A DNA stretch of 55,532 nucleotides, taken from contig NC_057746.1 in assembly GCF_004010195.1 (NCBI RefSeq), forward strand, positions 478,397 through 533,928. The letters are read 5' to 3'. Position 1 is the first letter of the stretch; every line of letters begins with the position of its first letter. The notes below the pieces were generated by a model. That model was not told where the DNA came from and did no database searches. It was given only the letters and a program-made list of their open reading frames with translations. Shown piece by piece: positions 27,098 through 39,260 of the stretch. Both the position numbers and the translations under genes were made by a program. The DNA is from Chiloscyllium plagiosum (Eukaryota).

Positions 27098-27755
27098 GTG
27101 ATTCTTACTTTATGCAAGAAGCAGCTATCGTGCACAGCATTAATTTGGAAATAGAGATATGTAAAATGCCCAAAGCATCCCTAACAATTTCAATCAGATT
27201 AAAAGAACCACATATTTTAGACTAAAGCTATTAATGAGGTTCATAGCAATACAGGCATTTACTTGGAGATCAAAGAAATAGCATATAAACAAGAATGACA
27301 ATTTTCTTGTTTGAAGTTTTTTTTGCAATCAAAATTTGAAATAGCCATTCCAGAAATAACCATGAGGATAATGCATGGTGATTCAGCCAGTCCAAATAGC
27401 ATCATTGTTTAATTATTTCAGGGCCATTTTTCCCAACAAAAACAGAAGTTGCTGGAAAAGCTCAGCAGATCTGGCAGCATCTGGGAAGAGTAATCAAAGT
27501 TGATTTTTCAGGCCCAGTATTTCCAAATATTGTCTGAAGTCTTCACCAAATTACGTTGTTTTCATAATGTCTGTTCACAAGCCAGATCATAAAGAAAAGG
27601 TTAGTCATGACACTTAGCACATGTACTGGCATTTAATTACTCACAGCAAAATGTATTTTTCTGGAAAGAACAGATATGAATTATCAGTAAATTTCAGTAC
27701 ATTGATTTTGCTACAATTAAACATGAAGGGTGTAACATGGAAATGTAGAGCACTT

Positions 27756-28005
27756 GTGGTGCTGTGGTAGTGTCCCTAACTCTGGACCAGGATTGTCAGA
27801 TTCCTTCCCACCTACTCCAGCAGGATTCAATAATGTATCAGAACAGGTTAACCAGTATCTACCGCTGTAGATTGTTAATTGTATTAATATTTGTTTTAGG
27901 GACTCTTCCAGTGCAATGGTAGTGTTCCTTCCTCTGAGCCTGGGTTCAGGTCTCACTTGCTCTAGAGATGTGTAGTAATGTCTCTGAACAGGTCAATTAG
28001 AAAGT
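27756..28005 (+). mobile_element. Two adjacent short tRNA-SINE remnants
   Basis: gtggtgctgtggtagtgtccct...gaacaggtt is repeated at ~27756 and ~27910. Confidence 0.55.
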
Positions 28006-28819
28006 ATCTATAACATCAAAATATTTCACAGCATAAGGTTAGGGTGGAGACCATTCTCATCATAGTCATTCAGAATGGCCATTGGCTTGAAGAACTGAGG
28101 CTGGTAACCCCAGCAACTAGGCCATATGAAAACCCTTTACACAGGATCGACTAGTATTCATTACTGCAAACACTGAGGACAGTTTTACTCATCTGTAAGC
28201 TGGGATTTTAACCTTCACCAGCTCCCATTGAAAATTATGATATATTATTTGAGAAAACTAGGGACAGGGAACATAATCTTTTTACATTTTCTTTTTAATT
28301 CCTGATTTTCATTTGATCAGGAAAGAAGGCCCCTCAAAGAGATTCTCCTGCTCCTGTTCCACTTGGCTTCACTTGGCTAATCTACTGGAGGAGAAAGTGA
28401 GGTCTGCAGATGCTGGAGATCAAAGTTGAAACTTTATTGCTGGAACAGCACAGCAGGTCAGGCAGCATCCAGGGAACAGGAGATTCGACGTTTCGGGCAC
28501 AGGCCCTTCTTCTACTGGAGGCCACCATATCCCTGTCAGTGTGGATGCTGAATGTTTCCTCTTGTGGGAGAGACTAGAAACATTGAACACTATTTCAAAA
28601 TGAGGGATCTTTCATTTCAAAGAACAAGAATTGTGCTCACCCATTCCACAGTTCTGGGTTTTTAAAATAGTATTTTTTTCTATATCAGTCCGCATTAAAA
28701 AAAAATGCGGAAAAATGAATAGACTTTGCCCTTTACAGAAGGACAACTGATCTTCAGAGAAAATGCTTTGACTTTTGCCCTTCTCACTGAATATTTATAA
28801 AGAATTTGCGATTTTAAAG

Positions 28820-30560
28820 TTAGAGTTGTAGATAGAGTTATAGAGATGTACAACAAGGAAACAGACCCTTCGGTCCAACCTGTCCATACCGACCAGATAT
28901 CCTAACCCAACCTAGTCCCACCTGGCAGCACCCGGCCCATATCCCTCCAAACCCTTCCTATTCATATACCCATCCAAATGCCTCTTAAATGCTGTAATTG
29001 TACCAGCCTCTACCACTTCCTCTGGCAGCTTATTCTACACACGGACCACCCTCTGTGTGAAAAAGTTGCCCCTTAGGTCTCTTTTGTATCTCTCCCTTCT
29101 CACCCTAAACCTATGCCCTCAAGCTCTGGACTCCTCCACCCCAAAGAAAAGACTTTGTCTATTTATCCTATCCATGCCTCTCATGATTTTATAAGCCTCT
29201 ATAAGGTCACCCCTCAGCCTCCAATGCGCCAGGGAAAATAACCCTAGCCTATTCAGTCTCCCCCGATAAATTAAATCCTCCAACCCTGGCAACATCCTTG
29301 TAAATCTTTTCTGAATCCTTTCAAGTTTCACAACATCTTTCCGATAGGAAGGAGACCAGAATTGCACGCAATATTCCAATAGTGGCCTGACCAATATCCT
29401 GTACAGCTGCAACATGTCCTTCCAACTCCTGTACTCAGTACTCTGACCAATAAAGGAAAGCATACCAAATGCCTTCTTCACTGCCCTATCTACCTGCGAC
29501 TCCACTTTCAAGGAACTATGACCTGCACTCCAAGGTCTCTTTGTTCAGCAACACTCCCTAGGACCTTACCATTAAGTGTATAAGTCCTGCTAAGATTTGC
29601 TTTCCCAAAATTTATCTAAATTAACTCACATTTATCTAAATTAAACTCCATCTGCCACTTCTCAGCCCATTGGCCCATCTGGTCCAGATCCTGTTGTAAT
29701 TTGAGGTAACCCTCTTCACTGTCCACTACATCTCCAATTTTGGTGTCATTTGCACCTTACTAACTGTATCTCTTACGCTCGCATCCAAATCATTTATATA
29801 AATGATGAAAAGTAGAGGGCCAAGCACCGATCCTTGTGGCACTCCACTGGTCACAGGCCTCCAGTCTGAAAAACAACCCTCCACCACCACCCTCTGTCTC
29901 CTACCTTTGAGCCAGTTCTGTATCCAAATGGTTAGTTCTCCCTGTATTCCATGAGATCTAACCTGGCTGACCAGTCTCCCATGGGGAACCTTGATGAATG
30001 CCTTACTGAAGTCCATATAGATCACATCTACTGCTCTGCCTCATCAATCCTCTTTGTTACTTCAAAAAAACTCAATCAATTTTATGAGACATGAAGCCAT
30101 GTTCACCATCCCTAATCAGTCTTTGCCCTTCCAAATACATGTACATCCTGTCCCTCAGGATTCCCTCCAACAACTTGCCCACCACCGACGTCAGGCTCAC
30201 CAGCCTATAGTTCCCTGGCTTGTCCTTACCAACCTTCTTAAACATGGCACCACGTTTGCCAACCTCCAGTCTTCCGGCACCTCACCTGTGACTATCGATG
30301 ATACAAATATCTCAGCAAGAGGCCCAGCAATCACTTCTCTAGCTTCCCACAGAGTTCTCGGGTACACCTGATCAGGTCCTGGGGATTTATCCACTTTTAT
30401 GCGTTTCAAGACATCCAGTACTTCCTCCTCTGTAATCTGGACATTTGTCAAGATGTCACCATCTATTTCCTTAAATTCTATATCTTCTATGTCCTTTTCC
30501 ACAGAAAATACTGATGCAAAATACTCGTTTAGTATCTCCCCCAACTCCTGTGGCTCCACA
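28820..30560 (-). mobile_element. Young 5-prime-truncated CR1
   Basis: KSPGPD...DWRLANV...DFSKAF...[10 protein letters not shown]...LERIQKRFTR and the 3-prime UTR. Confidence 0.95.
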
Positions 30561-32236
30561 CAAAGAAAACACACTGTACAGAATATGTTCGGAGCTGATT
30601 GAAGGGTTCTTGGTTTATCCTGGGGAATTAGATACACTGCACTCAGACTGCACCTCCCAGGACTATTAAATCCAAGCCCCGGCTTTTGGGAAAGGCCGAT
30701 GCCTTCAGGTGAAATCCTTAAAAAATATCTTCAAAGACATTTCAATAAGTGCCTCTCCGGGTACAGTGGTTGAATTGCTGTGGTGCTGGGTTATCATTCC
30801 AGAGATTCGGAATTCAAATCCAACCACGGAAAGTTATATTTATCGAATGACTGAGAAACAGGCCAAGTGGTCTGTGCTGGGATTTATGTTTCACCTCCTA
30901 TTAGCAGATCCTTCTAATCCTTTTCCCTCATAGGTTCCGCTGAGGCCCATTTAGTGAAGGTCGATCCTCCCCTTTGTCCCGTTCTCCTGATCCCATTGTT
31001 TGCATTTACAGTGTCCCTACCTGTTCACCGGAACCTCTCGGTTCAAGTCCTGGAATGTTCAGGGATGGAACCCAATAGAAAGTGATCAGAACATTCAGCC
31101 CATTTAACTCAAACCTTATCCAACCCCCACAGCAACAAGACCCTCCAGCAGATTGACTCTCCACATTATAGATTTCAGCAACATTTTATCCAGTCACACA
31201 CTTTGCCCTGAATATACGAACCACTAGTTTGCTGTATTCTGTTTATCATGTCTATTTCAGAAGCTGGTACATGTCAGAACCATTTGTGAATTTCAGACAC
31301 AGACATAGATAAAGAATACCCCGCCTGTCTCCCTAGTGAGAATCTCGCCTTACTGTTTGACAAACGTATAAGAGACACAGTGAGATGTTCTGGGTGTGAG
31401 GAGATTCATCACTGGACTCCTCATGTGTTTGTGGTACTAAATGCGACAGCTTACACCTGGGATACCCTTAGAATACCTGCTCCTGGTTCTGGTTTATTTA
31501 ATGTGGCATCAGTCACTGAAGCACAAAAAAACAGGGTTTGCAGATTTGGTTTTTAACAATAAAATCGAAGTTAACTGCGTAGAATGAATTAACAAAAATA
31601 TCTATCAGGTCAGATATCATTCTGGGGTCTGACTTGTCCAGTACTAACACAAGCTGGAATCATAACAATGGTTTGCCTCAGAGTCATTAGGCCTTTTCAA
31701 TCATTACTGTCAGGGAGGGTTATAAACCGTGTCCCCGAGGTAGCTCCGAAAGCCAAGGGCCAGATCAGAGGAGTGGGTGGAGTGTGTGTGACTGGTCCCC
31801 TCCACAGGCCTCACCCACAATTTATTTTCTTGTTGGTTCCTTTCATCATAGGAACCATTGTGGAAGTCCCAGCAGGTTTCAGATTTCCTACCCGGGTATG
31901 ACTTGATAATAATCAAGTCACTATATCCCCAAAAGGCTGAGACCAGGCAAGCACCAGGATTTGTTGGAGGCCAAGATAGAGCCTCCCAAAGTGAATAAGG
32001 TCAGGAGAGAGAGCCCAGAGGAAATAACAAGGGCACAAAGGGTCTCATCCAGTAAAAAGGGATTTCCACCTGGGTCCCAGGGACTGACAGGGTGTGCCGA
32101 GGTTTAATCCACTTCAGAAAAGTTCCACAAAGGTGCAGAAAGCAGCACAAGGTTCAGTGGCCCTGCAGGGGGCAGTATTATCCAAATAGTTTGGAGAAGC
32201 AGGTTAAACTCTGAGAAATTATAAAGACTGAAAAAT

Positions 32237-32550
32237 TTAGATTAGATTACTTACAGTGTGGAAACAGGCCCTTTGGCCCAACAAGTCCACACCAACCCGC
32301 CGAAGTACAACCCACCCAGACCCATTCCCCTACATCCACCCAACACTACAGGCAATTTAGCATGGCCAATTCACAAAACCTGCACATCTTTCTGACTGTG
32401 GGGGGAAACCAGAGCACCTGGAGGGAACCCACACAGACACGGGGATAAAATGCAAACTCCACACAGAGGGTCACCTGAGGCAGGAACTGAACCCAGGTCT
32501 CTGACGCTGTGAGGCAGGAGTGCTAACCACGTACCACCATGCCACCCACT
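32237..32550 (-). mobile_element. HE1-type SINE
   Basis: Reverse complement of a full SINE with TAATC tail. Confidence 0.9.
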
Positions 32551-32949
32551 TGTTGGAAGGATTGATAGAAATGAAAAACTAAAGGGAATACATCTGAAAT
32601 TAAAATGGTAGACATCTTCAGAGGTGACTTACTCAGGAGTCTGAAGGATTTCCACACAGGTAAGCAGATGGAGAGTGGGATGCCCTCACCGAGTTAAACA
32701 TTCAAAGCCAGTCTGAGCTTAGAATTCCTACAGTGTAGAATGAGGCCATTCAGTACCAACCCTCTGAAGAGCATCCCTCCCAGGACCCACCCCCTTCCTA
32801 GACCCTGCATTTCCCATGGCTAACCCACCTAGCCTGCGCACCCCTGTTCACTACAGGATAACATACCTTGGCCAATCTACCTATCCTGCACATTTTGGAC
32901 TGTGGAAGGCCCACTTCTTATTTTTATGGCTCTTCAGATACCTTCCAGA

Positions 32950-33322
32950 CTTGACAGCAGCATCCTGTTCATGGACAATTCCATTTGTGTGGGAATTCCA
33001 AAGTCATGCTGGCTTCATCTGCTCAGAATTTTGTATTGGTTTCTCTTTCCAGGGTAGCCTGAGGTATATAGGACATTTTTCAGGGTCAAAAGGCACAGCC
33101 CCTTTGTACAATACAGAGCAAGTGTTGATCTGATCAGTGAATCTATGAGTGTGCAGGATAACTTTGATATGCTCTATCCCAGCATTAAGCCCATACAATG
33201 AGCAGATGGCTTGAGCTCAATTCACGAGACTGATTTTGTCGTGTGTGTGTCTGTAGGAATCCCAACATGTGATCAATAGGAACAGAGGATTCATTGGCAA
33301 ATTTCTCAACAAATACTTTGAA
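32950..33322 (-). mobile_element. Old Penelope-like RT/linker fragment
   Basis: PEKCPIYLRLPWK motif typical of the PLE RT-to-endonuclease linker. Confidence 0.65.
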
Positions 33323-33326
33323 CAAA

Positions 33327-33632
33327 GGGCGGCACAGTGGCACAGTGGTTAGCACTGCTGCCTCACAGCGCCAGAGACCCGGGTTCAATACCCGCCTCAG
33401 GCGACTGACTGTGTGGAGTTTGCACGTTCTCCCCGTGTCTGCGTGGGTTTCCTCCGGATGCTCCGGTTTCCTCCCACAGTCCAAAGATGTGCAGGTCAGG
33501 TGAATTGGCCATGCTAAATTGCCCGTAGTGTTAGGTAAAGAGGTAAATGTATGGGTGGGTTGCGCTTCGGCGGGGCGGTGTGGACTTGTTGGGCTGAAGG
33601 GCCTGTTTCCACACTGTAAGTAATCTAATCTA
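33327..33632 (+). mobile_element. HE1-type SINE (young)
   Basis: Near-consensus full copy. Confidence 0.93.
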
Positions 33633-35089
33633 AAACCCTGTTTAATCAATCAATTTTAATGGTAAATCTGATTGCAGGATGATGTTTGGTACGTTATATC
33701 ATAATATAGCACTTGTCTATCACTAAATGGTGGTGTCTCACTTTCCTGTACAAACCATATGTTTCCTCTTTCCTCATCAGATACCTTTAACATGTCCAAA
33801 AAATGTCATGACAACAACAGTCCTTGTTTTAAAATCTTGGGTAAATATGTGAATTATGTTTACTGAGGGAATATATAAAAAAGTAAATTGTTGCTAATGA
33901 TGATATTGCTTGATAATGTGAAGGCTGAATTATCATCTGATGAGTTATATATTATAACAAATTTCAAACTTCAAATTCCAGAGTTGCTAAACATGCGGAT
34001 AACCAGAACATCTTTGGACTGTGGGAGGAAACCGGAGCACCCAGAGGAAACCCACGCAGACACGGGGAGAATGTGCAAACTCCACACAGACAGTTGCCCG
34101 AGGCAGGAACTGAACCCGTGCCACCTTGCCGCCCACTGTGCCACGGTGTTCTGTCTCGTATCTGTGTCAGGCAACATTACCAGATATTATACATTTCCAG
34201 TCACACACTGACGTGTAGGGATTGGGAGGGTCACTATTAGAGTAATGCTTGGTAACGAGTATGGAAAACGTTTCAGAGTAAAAGCATATCAGTCACTTAG
34301 TAATAAAATAATAACATATATGATACTGAGTAAGGCAGGGGGATCCATCCTCTTGTAAATTACTCTTAATACAGATTTGTACAGGCATTTAATTGCTGTT
34401 AAAGATGACACTAAGGTGGATCAAAAAATATAACTTACTGACAACCATTGATTGCTTTACAGTTAATACAATTTCAAAGTAAGTCACTTGATAAAGTACA
34501 AATGAGTAGTGGAATAGAAACCATTTTTGAAAGACTATAAAAAAATTGATTCAATTCAAATAAAGTTGGTGAGCAGAATTCAAAAATATATTAATTGTAG
34601 AATTAAACTTCCAAAAGGTTGCAATAAGAATACAGGATACGTTTTAGACAAGTTTGATTCAATAATTTTAAATTTTAGCAACAGAATAACATTGCCAGGA
34701 AACACATTTGTCTAATAATTGAACATAAGTAACATTGTTTGTAATTCCCTTTTTAAGTATTTGATGAAAACATCTGAATCCATACAATTGTAACTGATAA
34801 ACAAAATAACAATCTTACAATAGTGTTAAGTTGTGCTTTATGATATGAGAAACCTGTTGCAGTTTCTGCTGATTTCTGCTGGTAGTTGCTGATTTCTTTA
34901 TGTATTGACATCCAATGAGTGTAAACAGTCAATGTCTCCAACTTTAAAATATCAAAGAGTTAAAAACAGGAAATAATGTAAATACACAACAGGCCAGTCA
35001 GCATTTGAAAAGAGAACATGGAAAAGAATCTTTCAAATTCAGATCCACCCCAGGGAAACACAGTCAGGAATACTCATTAAAACTGTCTT

Positions 35090-35387
35090 TGTCCTTCACA
35101 CATGTCATTTCCCCAATTTTGATGTAGTATTTGCTCTGCTGCACAATTTTCAGTCTAGATCTTTTTGTGACAATCTTTCCTCTCATTGTTTAAAACCCTA
35201 AAACAATATGTTTTCCAATTCATCACTGGTGAATAGCTTCTCTTGAAATGCTATTATTAACGTGATCAGACCTTTCTTTCCCTTGCCATTCACATCAATT
35301 TCAATTCCTATTTCTCCTGTAATTATTTTCAGTTCCTCCAAACTCTGGGGTACACAGACTAGTATTGGGTTGTAATGGGGAACTTTC
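35090..35387 (-). pseudogene. Decayed continuation of copy A: helical CARD/death-fold-like domain remnant
   Basis: After the stop and a frameshift it reads SLEELKIITGEIGIEIDVNGKGKKGLITLIIAFQEKLFTSDELENILF / RVLNNERK ... YIKIGEM. It aligns by eye with copies B and C. The CARD assignment is by pattern only. Confidence 0.45.
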
Positions 35388-35719
35388 TCAATGTGCATTG
35401 TGTTGTTCCAATAAACTCTGCATTGCCTCTTGTTCCTCACTGGTGGTTAAGAATTCTGTTACATTGCTACCTGGATGATATTTCACTGTGTTTCCATCAG
35501 AAATGTTGCTTGCAGGGTTTAATTTGTCTGTTTCTGAGGGACTCTCTTCTTCATTTGTGGCTTTATTCCCTCCCTCCAGGCCACGTGGATAGTTTGACTC
35601 TCTCTGTAAGGGCTGTGTTTTGAGCTGGGGCTCAGATTTGCTCATCAGCTTCAGTTCCACATTCTTATCCATGACTTCCTGCTGACAGGGGGTGGGCCTG
35701 GTCTCCAGAAAGGGTTGAG
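35388..35719 (-). CDS. Large phase-1 exon (copy A): 110-aa polar/acidic segment, candidate long cytoplasmic tail
   Basis: Acceptor attaattccag|, then an open frame AQPFLETRPTPCQQEVMDKNVELK...EEQEAMQSLLEQHNAH-stop with no TE similarity recognised. Its start is homologous to copy C at 5320. Confidence 0.5.
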
Positions 35720-36393
35720 CTGGAATTAATGATAATATTAAACAGATCAATCGCATGAAAACTGAGAGAAATATAAATGTGCCTATTAACAGGTCAGTAA
35801 CAGTAAATATTGAATCATTACATTTTAATGCCTTTTTCCAGAATTTAAATAGAATAGCTGTTGTAGATTTCCTGTTTAATCTGTTTCTACTGACAAGGAT
35901 ATGGAGCGTTGATTATAAACCCTTCTGCATGACCCCCCCAGAGAGCAGGCACTGGGATAGGATGGAGAGTGGATAAAATGAAATAAAGCAGCAAGAGAGG
36001 GAAACTCAGTCTGTGGGTCGAGTGTATTGGAAGAAAACTCAAAAACGAAATCACAGGAAGACAGGATTCTCTAGTGAGGATTTTGCTGATTTGTTTCTCA
36101 AACCCATGTCATTTGTTAGTTAGCATAATGTTTTATTAGTATTGGTAACATTTCCTAGTGGTAATGAAGTCACAGGAAGCAGTAGATTTTATTAATCTCA
36201 AATAAATGCAGAGAAAATAATAGGTTAATTAATACATAATAAAGATAGCAAGACAGAAGATGTGACTGCAGAATTGCTCCTGAGTTATCAGCATGATTGG
36301 CACGAATATATCTCAGTAATTGTCTGTGCCTTGAGGAACTCTATTAACACTGTGATACATCAGGGAGGGAGATGGACACCTCATTTCAGGAGA

Positions 36394-37580
36394 CAAAAGT
36401 GGGTACTGCAGATGCTGGATATTAGAGTCAAGATCAGAATGGTGCTGGAAAAGCACAGCAGGTCAGGCAGCATCCGAGGAGCAGGAAAATCAACGTTTTG
36501 GGCAAAAGCCCTTCATCAGGAATAAGGCTGGAAGCCTCTGCGGTGTAGAGATAAATGGGAGGGGGTGGGCAATGGGGAAGGTACCTGAGAGTATAGTAGA
36601 TGGATGGAGGTGGGGGTAAAGGTGATAGGTCAGAGGGGAGGGTGCAGCAGATAGGTGGGAAGGAAGATTGACAGGTGGGACAGGTCATAAGGATGATGCT
36701 GAGCTGGAAGGTTGGAACTGGGGTATAGTGGGAGGAGGGGAAATGAGGAAACGTGTGAAGTCTACATTGATGCCCTGGGGTTGAAGTGTTCCGAGGCAGA
36801 AGATGAGGCGTGCTTCCTCCAGGCGTCGGGTGGTGAGGGAGCGGCGGTGGAGGAGGCCCAGGACTTGCATGTCCTCGACAGAGTGGGAGGGGGAGTCAAA
36901 ATGTTGGGCCACGGGGTGGTGTGTTTGATTGGTGTGGGTGTCCCAGAGATGTTCCCTAAAGCGCCCTGCGAGAAGGCGTCTGGTCTCCCCAATGTAGAGG
37001 AGACCGCTTCGGGAACAACAGATACAATAAATGACATTGGTGGAAGTGCAGATGAAACTTTGATGGATGTGGAAGGCACCTTTGGGGCCTTGGATGGAGG
37101 TGAGGGGGAAGGTGTGGGCCCAGGTTTTGCAATCTCTGCGATGGCAGGGGAAGGTGGGTTGTTGGGGGACATGGACCTGACCAGATAGTCACAGAGGGAA
37201 CAGTCTTTGCGGAAAGCAGGCAGGGGTGGGGAAGGAAATGTATTTCAGGTGTTGGGGCCTGTTTGTAAGTGGCAGAAATGACAAAGTGGCGGAAGATGAT
37301 GCAATAAATACGGAGGTAGGTGGGGGTGGAAGGTGAGGACCAGAGGGGTTTTGTCCTTGTTGCGGTTGGAAGGGTGGGGTTTGAGGGTGGAGGTGCGGGA
37401 TGTGGATGAGATGTGTTGGAGGGCATCTTCAACCACATGAGAGGGGAAATTGCTGTCTTTAAAGAAGGAGGTCATCTGGTGTGTTCTGGGGTGGAACTGG
37501 CCCTCTTGGGGTGGAGGCAGAGGAATTGGGAATACGGGATGGCATTATTACAGGAGGTAGTGTGAGGCGGTGTAATCTAA
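36394..37580 (-). mobile_element. Penelope-like element 3-prime portion (RT end, GIY-YIG, terminal repeat with hammerhead motif)
   Basis: KDKTPLVLTFHP, LLYIGET, AQHFDSPSHS...LQPQGINVDF; CTGATGAAGGGCTTTTGCCC motif at ~36490-36520. Confidence 0.85.
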
Positions 37581-38519
37581 GTAGCTCCTGCAAATGGGGA
37601 CGTGGGGAGAGGGAATGAGGGGGTGGGGGAGGGGAATGAGGAGGGGAGGGGTATGTGCCAAATTATACCAATTTCAGCAATTCTAGAACCTACCAAATGC
37701 CTAAATCCTCGCAGCAAGAAATCAATCAGAAACCAGATTAAAACCACTTCTGGTGAGGGCCCTTCCTGCACATGTTGAGATCTGCTTAAGAGATGGAAAG
37801 CCTAAAGCATTGATCTCCAAAATGACAGTGTGACATTAAATCAGAGTTACATGCTAACGGACATCACAATCTGCCTACTCTGCATATTTCTAGGGAGTGT
37901 ATGTTGTGTTCTCGCTTATGCTTTTACTAAATGGGGAAATGAGGGGAAGGGGAATGAGGACATTGGGGGACAGGGAATGAAGTTATAGTGGGGAATAGAA
38001 TGAAAACATTATGGTGGGGGAATGTGGGCATGGGGCTGGTTTATGAGAAAGTGATTGGGGGTATTTATGTGGAAGTGGTGGGGCAGCTTGGGGGAAGGAA
38101 TGCAAAGTGTAAGCAGGCCCCAGGAAGCCTCCAGCCCTCCTCCTTCCGTTACTGTTCCTTCTGTCCTTCCCTTCCCCTTTTGCCTCCCTCACTCCTTCCC
38201 CTGTCTCCCAGATTACATCCTCATCATTTCCTGGGAATCATGCTGCATTCCACCCTCTACCGAGCATGCTCCCAGCTTCCTGGTCCTGTTCCCATTGTCT
38301 CTCAGGTCCCGTTACTATGACCACCAGATTCTGCATCCCACTTCCAGCTTCCCAGGTCCCATTCCCCCTCATGTAGGTCCCATCACCACCACCCCATTGT
38401 CCTGGATCCTGGTTCCCCCTCTCCCCTCTCCTGGGCCTTGTAACCCCATCCCCATCCTCCATTCATTTCCAAATGTACTGATAATGAGACATAGTAACGT
38501 GATTGATTAGACATTTACG

Positions 38520-39260
38520 CAAGATAAGATTGAACATAGTAATAGGTTTAACATTGCTCAAATGGTGAGCAGATGGGAAATGTTGAACTTCAAAGGGATT
38601 TGTTATCCTTGTTCATGACTAACTGAAAGTTAACATGCAGATACAGCAAGCAATTAAAGCAAATGTCACGTTGTTCCTCAGTACAAGGGGATTTGAGTAC
38701 AGGAGTAAAGATGCTTTGCTGTAATTCCACTCAGCTTTGATAAGATGTCACCCAGACTATCAAGTGCAGTTTAGTTCTCAGTACCAACGAAAAAAATATA
38801 CAGTATTTGGTGTAGATGGAATTCAACAAAACATTACAGACCAATTCCTGGGATGGAAGGATTTCTCTCAGAAATAATATTAAATAAACTGGACCTTTAT
38901 TCTCTTGAGTTTGGAACAATGTGAGATGATCTCATTCTTCCAGGGTTCGACAGGGTCAATGGAGGTTGGCTGGCAGTCAGAGTTAGGGGCCTTGGGACTC
39001 GTTCTCAGAATAAGAGGTAACTCACTGAGGTCTGAGGTGGGAAGGAATTCTTTTACTCAGAACCTGGTGATTCCTTGGTACGGACTGTCTCAGGAGGTTG
39101 GGGATGCTCAATTGTTCAGTATGTTGAGACTGTAATCAATAATGTTTGGATTATTAACAAACATCAAGGGATATGGGGAGAGTGCAGGAAAATGGTGTGG
39201 ACGATCAGCCAATGAATGATGGAGTGGGCCTCCTGTTGGTCCTATTTGGTATGTTCTTAT
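38520..39260 (+). mobile_element. Old CR1 3-prime fragment
   Basis: Degenerate FEYRSK...RNSFTQ segment and 3-prime UTR. Confidence 0.7.

Noticed and set aside
31387-32200. Possible LTR plus retroviral internal sequence
   Set aside because: LTR-like termini but no matching TSD and no identifiable gag, pol or env motif.
37672-37760. 17-nt match (tttcagcaattctagaa) to the TM acceptor, with a downstream gtgagg, on the plus strand
   Set aside because: Opposite strand, no further similarity, and a single AT-rich 17-mer match is plausible by chance in 55 kb.
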